Assembly (NCBI GenBank): GCA_964057225.1
Contig: OZ059900.1
Coordinates: 18,910,001-18,974,000, forward strand
Length of the DNA: 64,000 bases
Origin: Auanema rhodensis
Taxonomy: Eukaryota; Animalia; Nematoda
Direction of reading: 5' to 3'
Shown here: positions 1-13,023 of the stretch, one piece after another
Position numbering within the stretch: the first letter of the stretch is position 1
How the letters are laid out: every line of letters begins with the position of its first letter
The notes under the pieces: generated by a model
Told to the model about the DNA's origin: nothing
Databases searched by the model: none
What the model saw: only the letters and a program-made list of their open reading frames with translations
Position numbers and translations under genes: made by a program

Positions 1-3000
1 GTCGTGAAAGTGGAACTAGACGTTGTACGAACAATTTTGAGCTAGGTTTCATTGACATTGCATGAGTTTGAACACATGAAATCGTAAGTCAAAACCTTGT
101 TTACAGCGAAATTTCCAAAAACTGGTTTTCCAGCATAATAAAATATTTCTCATGGGAAATACTGTGTTTTTGTATTCTTCTAGTGTTCAGCATGTAAAAT
201 GCTTCATTTTAGTGTGTAACACGCTGAAATTCGTTGCATTTGACGACTCATATGAACAAAAATCGATTTAATCAATATTAGCCATAAGGGGCGTGACCTC
301 AGAATATGCTAATTTCCTTAATTTTCTAACCCCTGTTTTTTTTGTCGTGAAAGTGGAACTAGACGTTGTACGAACAATTTTGAGCTAGGTTTCATTGACA
401 TTGCATGAGTTTGAACACATGAAATCGTAAGTCAAAACCTTGTTTACAGCGAAATTTCCAAAAACTGGTTTTCCAGCATAATAAAATATTTCTCATGGGA
501 AATACTGTGTTTTTTGTATTTTTCTAGTGTTCAGCATGTAAAATGCTTCATTTTAGTATGTAACACGCTGAAATTCGTTGCATTTGACGACTCATATGAA
601 CAAAAATCGATTTAATCAATATTAGCCATAAGGGGCGTGCCCTCAGAATATGCTAATTTCCTTAATTTTCTAACCCCTGTTTTTTTGTCGTGAAAGTGGA
701 ACTAGACGTTGTACGAACAATTTTGAGCTAGGTTTCATTGACATTGCATGAGTTTGAACACATGAAATCGTAAGTCAAAACCTTGTTTACAGCGAAATTT
801 CCAAAAACTGGTTTTCCAGCATAATAAAATATTTCTCATGGGAAATACTGTGTTTTTGTATTTTTCTAGTGTTCAGCATGTAAAATGCTTCATTTTAGTA
901 TGTAACACGCTGAAATTCGTTGCATTTGACGACTCATATGAACAAAAATCGATTTAATCAATATTAGCCATAAGGGGCGTGCCCTCAGAATATGCTAATT
1001 TCCTTAATTTTCTAACCCCTGTTTTTTTGTCGTGAAAGTGGAACTAGACGTTGTACGAACAATTTTGAGCTAGGTTTCATTGACATTGCATGAGTTTGAA
1101 CACATGAAATCGTAAGTCAAAACCTTGTTTACAGCGAAATTTCCAAAAACTGGTTTTCCAGCATAATAAAATATTTCTCATGGGAAATACTGTGTTTTTG
1201 TATTCTTCTAGTGTTCAGCATGTAAAATGCTTCATTTTAGTGTGTAACACGCTGAAATTCGTTGCATTTGACGACTCATATGAACAAAAATCGATTTAAT
1301 CAATATTAGCCATAAGGGGCGTGCCCTCAGAATATGCTAATTTCCTTAATTTTCTAACCCCTGTTTTTTTGTCGTGAAAGTGGAACTAGACGTTGTACGA
1401 ACAATTTTGAGCTAGGTTTCATTGACATTGCATGAGTTTGAACACATGAAATCGTAAGTCAAAACCTTGTTTACAGCGAAATTTCCAAAAACTGGTTTTC
1501 CAGCATAATAAAATATTTCTCATGGGAAATACTGTGTTTTTGTATTTTTCTAGTGTTCAGCATGTAAAATGCTTCATTTTAGTATGTAACACGCTGAAAT
1601 TCGTTGCATTTGACGACTCATATGAACAAAAATCGATTTAATCAATATTAGCCATAAGGGGCGTGCCCTCAGAATATGCTAATTTCCTTAATTTTCTAAC
1701 CCCTGTTTTTTTGTCGTGAAAGTGGAACTAGACGTTGTACGAACAATTTTGAGCTAGGTTTCATTGACATTGCATGAGTTTGAACACATGAAATCGTAAG
1801 TCAAAACCTTGTTTACAGCGAAATTTCCAAAAACTGGTTTTCCAGCATAATAAAATATTTCTCATGGGAAATACTGTGTTTTTGTATTCTTCTAGTGTTC
1901 AGCATGTAAAATGCTTCATTTTAGTGTGTAACACGCTGAAATTCGTTGCATTTGACGACTCATATGAACAAAAATCGATTTAATCAATATTAGCCATAAG
2001 GGGCGTGACCTCAGAATATGCTAATTTCCTTAATTTTCTAACCCCTGTTTTTTTGTCGTGAAAGTGGAACTAGACGTTGTACGAACAATTTTGAGCTAGG
2101 TTTCATTGACATTGCATGAGTTTGAACACATGAAATCGTAAGTCAAAACCTTGTTTACAGCGAAATTTCCAAAAACTGGTTTTCCAGCATAATAAAATAT
2201 TTCTCATGGGAAATACTGTGTTTTTGTATTTTTCTAGTGTTCAGCATGTAAAATGCTTCATTTTAGTATGTAACACGCTGAAATTCGTTGCATTTGACGA
2301 CTCATATGAACAAAAATCGATTTAATCAATATTAGCCATAAGGGGCGTGCCCTCAGAATATGCTAATTTCCTTAATTTTCTAACCCCTGTTTTTTTGTCG
2401 TGAAAGTGGAACTAGACGTTGTACGAACAATTTTGAGCTAGGTTTCATTGACATTGCATGAGTTTGAACACATGAAATCGTAAGTCAAAACCTTGTTTAC
2501 AGCGAAATTTCCAAAAACTGGTTTTCCAGCATAATAAAATATTTCTCATGGGAAATACTGTGTTTTTGTTTTTTTCTAGTGTTCAGCATGTAAAATGCTT
2601 CATTTTAGTATGTAACACGCTGAAATTCGTTGCATTTGACGACTCATATGAACAAAAATCGATTTAATCAATATTAGCCATAAGGGGCGTGCCCTCAGAA
2701 TATGCTAATTTCCTTAATTTTCTAACCCTTGTTTTTTTGTCGTGAAAGTGGAACTAGACGTTGTACAAACAATTTTGAGCTAGGTTTCATTGACATTGCA
2801 TGAGTTTGAACACATGTAATCGTAAGTCAAAACCTTGTTTACAGCGAAATTTCCAAAAACTGGTTTTCCAGCATAATAAAATATTTCTCATGGGAAATAC
2901 TGTGTTTTTGTTTTTTTCTAGTGTTCAGCATGTAAAATGCTTCATTTTAGTATGTAACACGCTGAAATTCGTTGCATTTGACGACTCATATGAACAAAAA

Positions 3001-6000
3001 TCGATTTAATCAATATTAGCCATAAGGGGCGTGCCCTCAGAATATGCTAATTTCCTTAATTTTCTAACCCTTGTTTTTTTGTCGTGAAAGTGGAAATAGA
3101 CGTTGTACAAACAATTTTGAGCTAGGTTTCATTGACATTGCATGAGTTTGAACACATGAAATCGTAAGTCAAAACCTTGTTTACAGCGAAATTTCCAAAA
3201 ACTGGTTTTCCAGCATGATAAAATATTTCTCATGGGAAATACTGTGTTTTTGTATTTTTCTAGTGTTCAGCATGTAAAATGCTTCATTTTAGTATGTAAC
3301 ACGCTGAAATTCGTTGCATTTGACGACTCATATGAACAAAAATCGATTTAATCAATATTAGCCATAAGGGGCGTGCCCTCAGAATATGCTAATTTCCTTA
3401 ATTTTCTAACCCCTGTTTTTTTGTCGTGAAAGTGGAACTAGACGTTGTACGAACAATTTTGAGCTAGGTTTCATTGACATTGCATGAGTTTGAACACATG
3501 AAATCGTAAGTCAAAACCTTGTTTACAGCGAAATTTCCAAAAACTGGTTTTCCAGCATAATAAAATATTTCTCATGGGAAATACTGTGTTTTTGTATTCT
3601 TCTAGTGTTCAGCATGTAAAATGCTTCATTTTAGTATGTAACACGCTGAAATTCGTTGCATTTGACGACTCATATGAACAAAAATCGATTTAATCAATAT
3701 TAGCCATAAGGGGCGTGCCCTCAGAATATGCTAATTTCCTTAATTTTCTAACCCCTGTTTTTTTGTCGTGAAAGTGGAACTAGACGTTGTACGAACAATT
3801 TTGAGCTAGGTTTCATTGACATTGCATGAGTTTGAACACATGAAATCGTAAGTCAAAACCTTGTTTACAGCGAAATTTCCAAAAACTGGTTTTCCAGCAT
3901 AATAAAATATTTCTCATGGGAAATACTGTGTTTTTGTATTTTTCTAGTGTTCAGCATGTAAAATGCTTCATTTTAGTATGTAACACGCTGAAATTCATTG
4001 CATTTGACGACTCATATGAACAAAAATCGATTTAATCAATATTAGCCATAAGGGGCGTGCCCTCAGAATATGCTAATTTCCTTAATTTTCTAACCCTTGT
4101 TTTTTTGTCGTGAAAGTGGAACTAGACGTTGTACAAACAATTTTGAGCTAGGTTTCATTGACATTGCATGAGTTTGAACACATGAAATCGTAAGTCAAAA
4201 CCTTGTTTACAGCGAAATTTCCAAAAACTGGTTTTCCAGCATAATAAAATATTTCTCATGGGAAATACTGTGTTTTTGTATTTTTCTAGTGTTCAGCATG
4301 TAAAATGCTTCATTTTAGTATGTAACACGCTGAAATTCGTTGCATTTGACGACTCATATGAACAAAAATCGATTTAATCAATATTAGCCATAAGGGGCGT
4401 GCCCTCAGAATATGCTAATTTCCTTAATTTTCTAACCCCTGTTTTTTTGTCGTGAAAGTGGAACTAGACGTTGTACGAACAATTTTGAGCTAGGTTTCAT
4501 TGACATTGCATGAGTTTGAACACATGAAATCGTAAGTCAAAACCTTGTTTACAGCGAAATTTTCAAAAACTGGTTTTCCAGCATAATAAAATATTTCTCA
4601 TGGGAAATACTGTGTTTTTGTATTTTTCTAGTGTTCAGCATGTAAAATGCTTCATTTTAGTATGTAACACGCTGAAATTCGTTGCATTTGACGACTCATA
4701 TGAACAAAAATCGATTTAATCAATATTAGCCATAAGGGGCGTGCCCTCAGAATATGCTAATTTCCTTAATTTTCTAACCCCTGTTTTTTTGTCGTGAAAG
4801 TGGAACTAGACGTTGTACGAACAATTTTGAGCTAGGTTTCATTGACATTGCATGAGTTTGAACACATGAAATCGTAAGTCAAAACCTTGTTTACAGCGAA
4901 ATTTCCAAAAACTGGTTTTCCAGCATAATAAAATATTTCTCATGGGAAATACTGTGTTTTTGTATTCTTCTAGTGTTCAGCATGTAAAATGCTTCATTTT
5001 AGTGTGTAACACGCTGAAATTCGTTGCATTTGACGACTCATATGAACAAAAATCGATTTAATCAATATTAGCCATAAGGGGCGTGCCCTCAGAATATGCT
5101 AATTTCCTTAATTTTCTAACCCCTGTTTTTTTGTCGTGAAAGTGGAACTAGACGTTGTACGAACAATTTTGAGCTAGGTTTCATTGACATTGCATGAGTT
5201 TGAACACATGAAATCGTAAGTCAAAACCTTGTTTACAGCGAAATTTCCAAAAACTGGTTTTCCAGCATAATAAAATATTTCTCATGGGAAATACTGTGTT
5301 TTTGTATTTTTCTAGTGTTCAGCATGTAAAATGCTTCATTTTAGTATGTAACACGCTGAAATTCGTTGCATTTGACGACTCATATGAACAAAAATCGATT
5401 TAATCAATATTAGCCATAAGGGGCGTGCCCTCAGAATATGCTAATTTCCTTAATTTTCTAACCCTTGTTTTTTTGTCGTGAAAGTGGAACTAGACGTTGT
5501 ACAAACAATTTTGAGCTAGGTTTCATTGACATTGCATGAGTTTGAACACATGAAATCGTAAGTCAAAACCTTGTTTACAGCGAAATTTCCAAAAACTGGT
5601 TTTCCAGCATGATAAAATATTTCTCATGGGAAATACTGTGTTTTTGTATTTTTCTAGTGTTCAGCATGTAAAATGCTTCATTTTAGTATGTAACACGCTG
5701 AAATTCGTTGCATTTGACGACTCATATGAACAAAAATCGATTTAATCAATATTAGCCATAAGGGGCGTGCCCTCAGAATATGCTAATTTCCTTAATTTTC
5801 TAACCCCTGTTTTTTTGTCGTGAAAGTGGAACTAGACGTTGTACGAACAATTTTGAGCTAGGTTTCATTGACATTGCATGAGTTTGAACACATGAAATCG
5901 TAAGTCAAAACCTTGTTTACAGCGAAATTTCCAAAAACTGGTTTTCCAGCATAATAAAATATTTCTCATGGGAAATACTGTGTTTTTGTATTCTTCTAGT

Positions 6001-9000
6001 GTTCAGCATGTAAAATGCTTCATTTTAGTATGTAACACGCTGAAATTCGTTGCATTTGACGACTCATATGAACAAAAATCGATTTAATCAATATTAGCCA
6101 TAAGGGGCGTGCCCTCAGAATATGCTAATTTCCTTAATTTTCTAACCCCTGTTTTTTTGTCGTGAAAGTGGAACTAGACGTTGTACGAACAATTTTGAGC
6201 TAGGTTTCATTGACATTGCATGAGTTTGAACACATGAAATCGTAAGTCAAAACCTTGTTTACAGCGAAATTTCCAAAAACTGGTTTTCCAGCATAATAAA
6301 ATATTTCTCATGGGAAATACTGTGTTTTTGTATTTTTCTAGTGTTCAGCATGTAAAATGCTTCATTTTAGTATGTAACACGCTGAAATTCGTTGCATTTG
6401 ACGACTCATATGAACAAAAATCGATTTAATCAATATTAGCCATAAGGGGCGTGCCCTCAGAATATGCTAATTTCCTTAATTTTCTAACCCCTGTTTTTTT
6501 GTCGTGAAAGTGGAACTAGACGTTGTACGAACAATTTTGAGCTAGGTTTCATTGACATTGCATGAGTTTGAACACATGAAATCGTAAGTCAAAACCTTGT
6601 TTACAGCGAAATTTCCAAAAACTGGTTTTCCAGCATAATAAAATATTTCTCATGGGAAATACTGTGTTTTTGTATTTTTCTAGTGTTCAGCATGTAAAAT
6701 GCTTCGTTTTAGTATGTAACACGCTGAAATTCGTTGCATTTGACGACTCATATGAACAAAAATCGATTTAATCAATATTAGCCATAAGGGGCGTGCCCTC
6801 AGAATATGCTAATTTTTTTAATTTTCTAACCCCTGTTTTTTTGTCGTGAAAGTGGAACTAGACGTTGTACGAACAATTTTGAGCTAGGTTTCATTGACAT
6901 TGCATGAGTTTGAACACATGAAATCGTAAGTCAAAACCTTGTTTACAGCGAAATTTCCAAAAACTGGTTTTCCAGCATAATAAAATATTTCTCATGGGAA
7001 ATACTGTGTTTTTGTATTTTTCTAGTGTTCAGCATGTAAAATGCTTCATTTTAGTATGTAACACGCTGAAATTCGTTGCATTTGACGACTCATATGAACA
7101 AAAATCGATTTAATCAATATTAGCCATAAGGGGCGTGCCCTCAGAATATGCTAATTTCCTTAATTTTCTAACCCCTGTTTTTTTGTCGTGAAAGTGGAAC
7201 TAGACGTTGTACGAACAATTTTGAGCTAGGTTTCATTGACATTGCATGAGTTTGAACACATGAAATCGTAAGTCAAAACCTTGTTTACAGCGAAATTTCC
7301 AAAAACTGGTTTTCCAGCATAATAAAATATTTCTCATGGGAAATACTGTGTTTTTGTATTCTTCTAGTGTTCAGCATGTAAAATGCTTCATTTTAGTATG
7401 TAACACGCTGAAATTCGTTGCATTTGACGACTCATATGAACAAAAATCGATTTAATCAATATTAGCCATAAGGGGCGTGCCCTCAGAATATGCTAATTTC
7501 CTTAATTTTCTAACCCTTGTTTTTTTGTCGTGAAAGTGGAACTAGACGTTGTACAAACAATTTTGAGCTAGGTTTCATTGACATTGCATGAGTTTGAACA
7601 TATGAAATCGTAAGTCAAAACCTTGTTTACAGCGAAATTTCCAAAAACTGGTTTTCCAGCATGATAAAATATTTCTCATGGGAAATACTGTGTTTTTGTT
7701 TTTTTCTAGTGTTCAGCATGTAAAATGCTTCATTTTAGTATGTAACACGATGAAATTCGTTGCATTTGATGACTCATATGAACAAAAATCGATTTAATCA
7801 ATATTAGCCATAAGGGGCGTGCCCTCAGAATATGCTAATTTCCTTAATTTTCTAACCCCTGTTTTTTTGTCGTGAAAGTGGAACTAGACGTTGTACGAAC
7901 AATTTTGAGCTAGGTTTCATTGACATTGCATGAGTTTGAACACATGAAATCGTAAGTCAAAACCTTGTTTACAGCGAAATTTCCAAAAACTGGTTTTCCA
8001 GCATAATAAAATATTTCTCATGGGAAATACTGTGTTTTTGTATTTTTCTAGTGTTCAGCATGTAAAATGCTTCATTTTAGTATGTAACACGCTGAAATTC
8101 GTTGCATTTGACGACTCATATGAACAAAAATCGATTTAATCAATATTAGCCATAAGGGGCGTGCCCTCAGAATATGCTAATTTCCTTAATTTTCTAACCC
8201 CTGTTTTTTTGTCGTGAAAGTGGAACTAGACGTTGTACGAACAATTTTGAGCTAGGTTTCATTGACATTGCATGAGTTTGAACACATGAAATCGTAAGTC
8301 AAAACCTTGTTTACAGCGAAATTTCCAAAAACTGGTTTTCCAGCATAATAAAATATTTCTCATGGGAAACACTGTGTTTTTGTATTTTTCTAGTGTTCAG
8401 CATGTAAAATGCTTCATTTTAGTTTGTAACACGCTGAAATTCGTTGCATTTGACGACTCATATGAACAAAAATCGATTTAATCAATATTAGCCATAAGGG
8501 GCGTGCCCTCAGAATATGCTAATTTCCTTAATTTTCTAACCCTTGTTTTTTTGTCGTGAAAGTGGAACTAGACGTTGTACAAACAATTTTGAGCTAGGTT
8601 TCATTGACATTGCATGAGTTTGAACATATGAAATCGTAAGTCAAAACCTTGTTTACAGCGAAATTTCCAAAAACTGGTTTTCCAGCATGATAAAATATTT
8701 CTCATGGGAAATACTGTGTTTTTGTATTTTTCTAGTGTTCAGCATGTGAAATGCTTCATTTTAGTATGTAACACGATGAAATTCGTTGCATTTGACGACT
8801 CATATGAACAAAAATCGATTTAATCAATATTAGCCATAAGGGGCGTGCCCTCAGAATATGCTAATTTTTTTAATTTTCTAACCCCTGTTTTTTTGTCGTG
8901 AAAGTGGAACTAGACGTTGTACGAACAATTTTGAGCTAGGTTTCATTGACATTGCATGAGTTTGAACACATGAAATCGTAAGTCAAAACCTTGTTTACAG

Positions 9001-12000
9001 CGAAATTTCCAAAAACTGGTTTTCCAGCATAATAAAATATTTCTCATGGGAAATACTGTGTTTTTGTATTTTTCTAGTGTTCAGCATGTAAAATGCTTCA
9101 TTTTAGTATGTAACACGCTGAAATTCGTTGCATTTGACGACTCATATGAACAAAAATCGATTTAATCAATATTAGCCATAAGGGGCGTGCCCTCAGAATA
9201 TGCTAATTTCCTTAATTTTCTAACCCCTGTTTTTTTGTCGTGAAAGTGGAACTAGACGTTGTACGAACAATTTTGAGCTAGGTTTCATTGACATTGCATG
9301 AGTTTGAACACATGAAATCGTAAGTCAAAACCTTGTTTACAGCGAAATTTCCAAAAACTGGTTTTCCAGCATAATAAAATATTTCTCATGGGAAATACTG
9401 TGTTTTTGTATTCTTCTAGTGTTCAGCATGTAAAATGCTTCATTTTAGTATGTAACACGCTGAAATTCGTTGCATTTGACGACTCATATGAACAAAAATC
9501 GATTTAATCAATATTAGCCATAAGGGGCGTGCCCTCAGAATATGCTAATTTCCTTAATTTTCTAACCCTTGTTTTTTTGTCGTGAAAGTGGAACTAGACG
9601 TTGTACAAACAATTTTGAGCTAGGTTTCATTGACATTGCATGAGTTTGAACATATGAAATCGTAAGTCAAAACCTTGTTTACAGCGAAATTTCCAAAAAC
9701 TGGTTTTCCAGCATGATAAAATATTTCTCATGGGAAATACTGTGTTTTTGTTTTTTTCTAGTGTTCAGCATGTAAAATGCTTCATTTTAGTATGTAACAC
9801 GATGAAATTCGTTGCATTTGATGACTCATATGAACAAAAATCGATTTAATCAATATTAGCCATAAGGGGCGTGCCCTCAGAATATGCTAATTTCCTTAAT
9901 TTTCTAACCCCTGTTTTTTTGTCGTGAAAGTGGAACTAGACGTTGTACGAACAATTTTGAGCTAGGTTTCATTGACATTGCATGAGTTTGAACACATGAA
10001 ATCGTAAGTCAAAACCTTGTTTACAGCGAAATTTCCAAAAACTGGTTTTCCAGCATAATAAAATATTTCTCATGGGAAATACTGTGTTTTTGTATTTTTC
10101 TAGTGTTCAGCATGTAAAATGCTTCATTTTAGTATGTAACACGCTGAAATTCGTTGCATTTGACGACTCATATGAACAAAAATCGATTTAATCAATATTA
10201 GCCATAAGGGGCGTGCCCTCAGAATATGCTAATTTCCTTAATTTTCTAACCCCTGTTTTTTTGTCGTGAAAGTGGAACTAGACGTTGTACGAACAATTTT
10301 GAGCTAGGTTTCATTGACATTGCATGAGTTTGAACACATGAAATCGTAAGTCAAAACCTTGTTTACAGCGAAATTTCCAAAAACTGGTTTTCCAGCATAA
10401 TAAAATATTTCTCATGGGAAATACTGTGTTTTTGTATTTTTCTAGTGTTCAGCATGTAAAATGCTTCATTTTAGTATGTAACACGCTGAAATTCGTTGCA
10501 TTTGACGACTCATATGAACAAAAATCGATTTAATCAATATTAGCCATAAGGGGCGTGCCCTCAGAATATGCTAATTTCCTTAATTTTCTAACCCCTGTTT
10601 TTTTGTCGTGAAAGTGGAACTAGACGCTGTACGAACAATTTTGAGCTAGGTTTCATTGACATTGCATGAGTTTGAACACATGAAATCGTAAGTCAAAACC
10701 TTGTTTACAGCGAAATTTCCAAAAACTGGTTTTCCAGCATAATAAAATATTTCTCATGGGAAACACTGTGTTTTTGTATTTTTCTAGTGTTCAGCATGTA
10801 AAATGCTTCATTTTAGTTTGTAACACGCTGAAATTCGTTGCATTTGACGACTCATATGAACAAAAATCGATTTAATCAATATTAGCCATAAGGGGCGTGC
10901 CCTCAGAATATGCTAATTTCCTTAATTTTCTAACCCTTGTTTTTTTGTCGTGAAAGTGGAACTAGACGTTGTACAAACAATTTTGAGCTAGGTTTCATTG
11001 ACATTGCATGAGTTTGAACATATGAAATCGTAAGTCAAAACCTTGTTTACAGCGAAATTTCCAAAAACTGGTTTTCCAGCATGATAAAATATTTCTCATG
11101 GGAAATACTGTGTTTTTGTATTTTTCTAGTGTTCAGCATGTGAAATGCTTCATTTTAGTATGTAACACGATGAAATTCGTTGCATTTGACGACTCATATG
11201 AACAAAAATCGATTTAATCAATATTAGCCATAAGGGGCGTGCCCTCAGAATATGCTAATTTCCTTAATTTTCTAACCCCTGTTTTTTTGTCGTGAAAGTG
11301 GAACTAGACGTTGTACGAACAATTTTGAGCTAGGTTTCATTGACATTGCATGAGTTTGAACACATGAAATCGTAAGTCAAAACCTTGTTTACAGCGAAAT
11401 TTCCAAAAACTGGTTTTCCAGCATAATAAAATATTTCTCATGGGAAATACTGTGTTTTTGTATTTTTCTAGTGTTCAGCATGTAAAATGCTTCATTTTAG
11501 TATGTAACACGCTGAAATTCGTTGCATTTGACGACTCATATGAACAAAAATCGATTTAATCAATATTAGCCATAAGGGGCGTGCCCTCAGAATATGCTAA
11601 TTTTTTTAATTTTCTAACCCCTGTTTTTTTGTCGTGAAAGTGGAACTAGACGTTGTACGAACAATTTTGAGCTAGGTTTCATTGACATTGCATGAGTTTG
11701 AACACATGAAATCGTAAGTCAAAACCTTGTTTACAGCGAAATTTCCAAAAACTGGTTTTCCAGCATAATAAAATATTTCTCATGGGAAATACTGTGTTTT
11801 TGTATTTTTCTAGTGTTCAGCATGTAAAATGCTTCATTTTAGTATGTAACACGCTGAAATTCGTTGCATTTGACGACTCATATGAACAAAAATCGATTTA
11901 ATCAATATTAGCCATAAGGGGCGTGCCCTCAGAATATGCTAATTTCCTTAATTTTCTAACCCCTGTTTTTTTGTCGTGAAAGTGGAACTAGACGTTGTAC

Positions 12001-12823
12001 GAACAATTTTGAGCTAGGTTTCATTGACATTGCATGAGTTTGAACACATGAAATCGTAAGTCAAAACCTTGTTTACAGCGAAATTTCCAAAAACTGGTTT
12101 TCCAGCATAATAAAATATTTCTCATGGGAAATACTGTGTTTTTGTATTCTTCTAGTGTTCAGCATGTAAAATGCTTCATTTTAGTATGTAACACGCTGAA
12201 ATTCGTTGCATTTGACGACTCATATGAACAAAAATCGATTTAATCAATATTAGCCATAAGGGGCGTGCCCTCAGAATATGCTAATTTCCTTAATTTTCTA
12301 ACCCCTGTTTTTTTGTCGTGAAAGTGGAACTAGACGTTGTACGAACAATTTTGAGCTAGGTTTCATTGACATTGCATGAGTTTGAACACATGAAATCGTA
12401 AGTCAAAACCTTGTTTACAGCGAAATTTCCAAAAACTGGTTTTCCAGCATGATAAAATATTTCTCATGGGAAATACTGTGTTTTTGTATTTTTCTAGTGT
12501 TCAGCATGTAAAATGCTTCATTTTAGTATGTAACACGCTGAAATTCGTTGCATTTGACGACTCATATGAACAAAAATCGATTTAATCAATATTAGCCATA
12601 AGGGGCGTGCCCTCAGAATATGCTAATTTCCTTAATTTTCTAACCCCTGTTTTTTTGTCGTGAAAGTGGAACTAGACGTTGTACGAACAATTTTGAGCTA
12701 GGTTTCATTGACATTGCATGAGTTTGAACACATGAAATCGTAAGTCAAAACCTTGTTTACAGCGAAATTTCCAAAAACTGGTTTTCCAGCATAATAAAAT
12801 ATTTCTCATGGGAAATACTGTGT
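1..12823 (+). repeat. Satellite array block A: ~37.5 head-to-tail copies of a 342-bp monomer
   Basis: GTCGTGAAAGTGGAACTAGACG recurs at 1, 344, 687, 1029, 1371, 1713 ... 12657. The period is 342 bp; the first two copies are 343 bp because of +1 T in T-tracts. Copies differ by 0-6 substitutions. Strand is arbitrary (defined by this block). Confidence 0.99.
1371..1712 (+). repeat. Representative consensus 342-bp satellite monomer (~34% GC, many A/T tracts, 10 CpG)
   Basis: This copy carries none of the recurrent variants. Hand count gives 116 G+C in 342 bp. Confidence 0.95.
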
Positions 12824-13023
12824 NNNNNNNNNNNNNNNNNNNNNNNNNNNNNNNNNNNNNNNNNNNNNNNNNNNNNNNNNNNNNNNNNNNNNNNNNNNNN
12901 NNNNNNNNNNNNNNNNNNNNNNNNNNNNNNNNNNNNNNNNNNNNNNNNNNNNNNNNNNNNNNNNNNNNNNNNNNNNNNNNNNNNNNNNNNNNNNNNNNNN
13001 NNNNNNNNNNNNNNNNNNNNNNN
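12824..13023. other. Assembly/scaffold gap (200 N)
   Basis: Exactly 200 consecutive N. A round fixed size indicates a placeholder gap of unknown true length. Confidence 0.99.

Noticed and set aside
1599-1615. CENP-B-box-like motif ATTCGTTGCATTTGACG
   Set aside because: Matches the TTCG....A half but lacks CGGG (6 of 9 core positions), so it is not a canonical box.
1696-1704. Telomere-like CTAACCC(C)T
   Set aside because: A single 7-8 bp match per monomer, not tandem; expected by chance.
1371-1712. Tandem 5S rRNA, tRNA or snRNA gene unit, or assignment to a named satellite family
   Set aside because: No recognisable RNA-gene sequence or Pol III boxes despite the T7 run. Monomer length alone cannot identify a family or species.
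2800-3009. 69-aa ORF (also 32232, 40782, 51383 and 55829 on the - strand)
   Set aside because: It opens only where a substitution removes the consensus TGA in a few of ~186 monomers. There is no recognisable domain, and a sibling copy near 31.2-31.4 kb is frameshifted. This is incidental to satellite variation.
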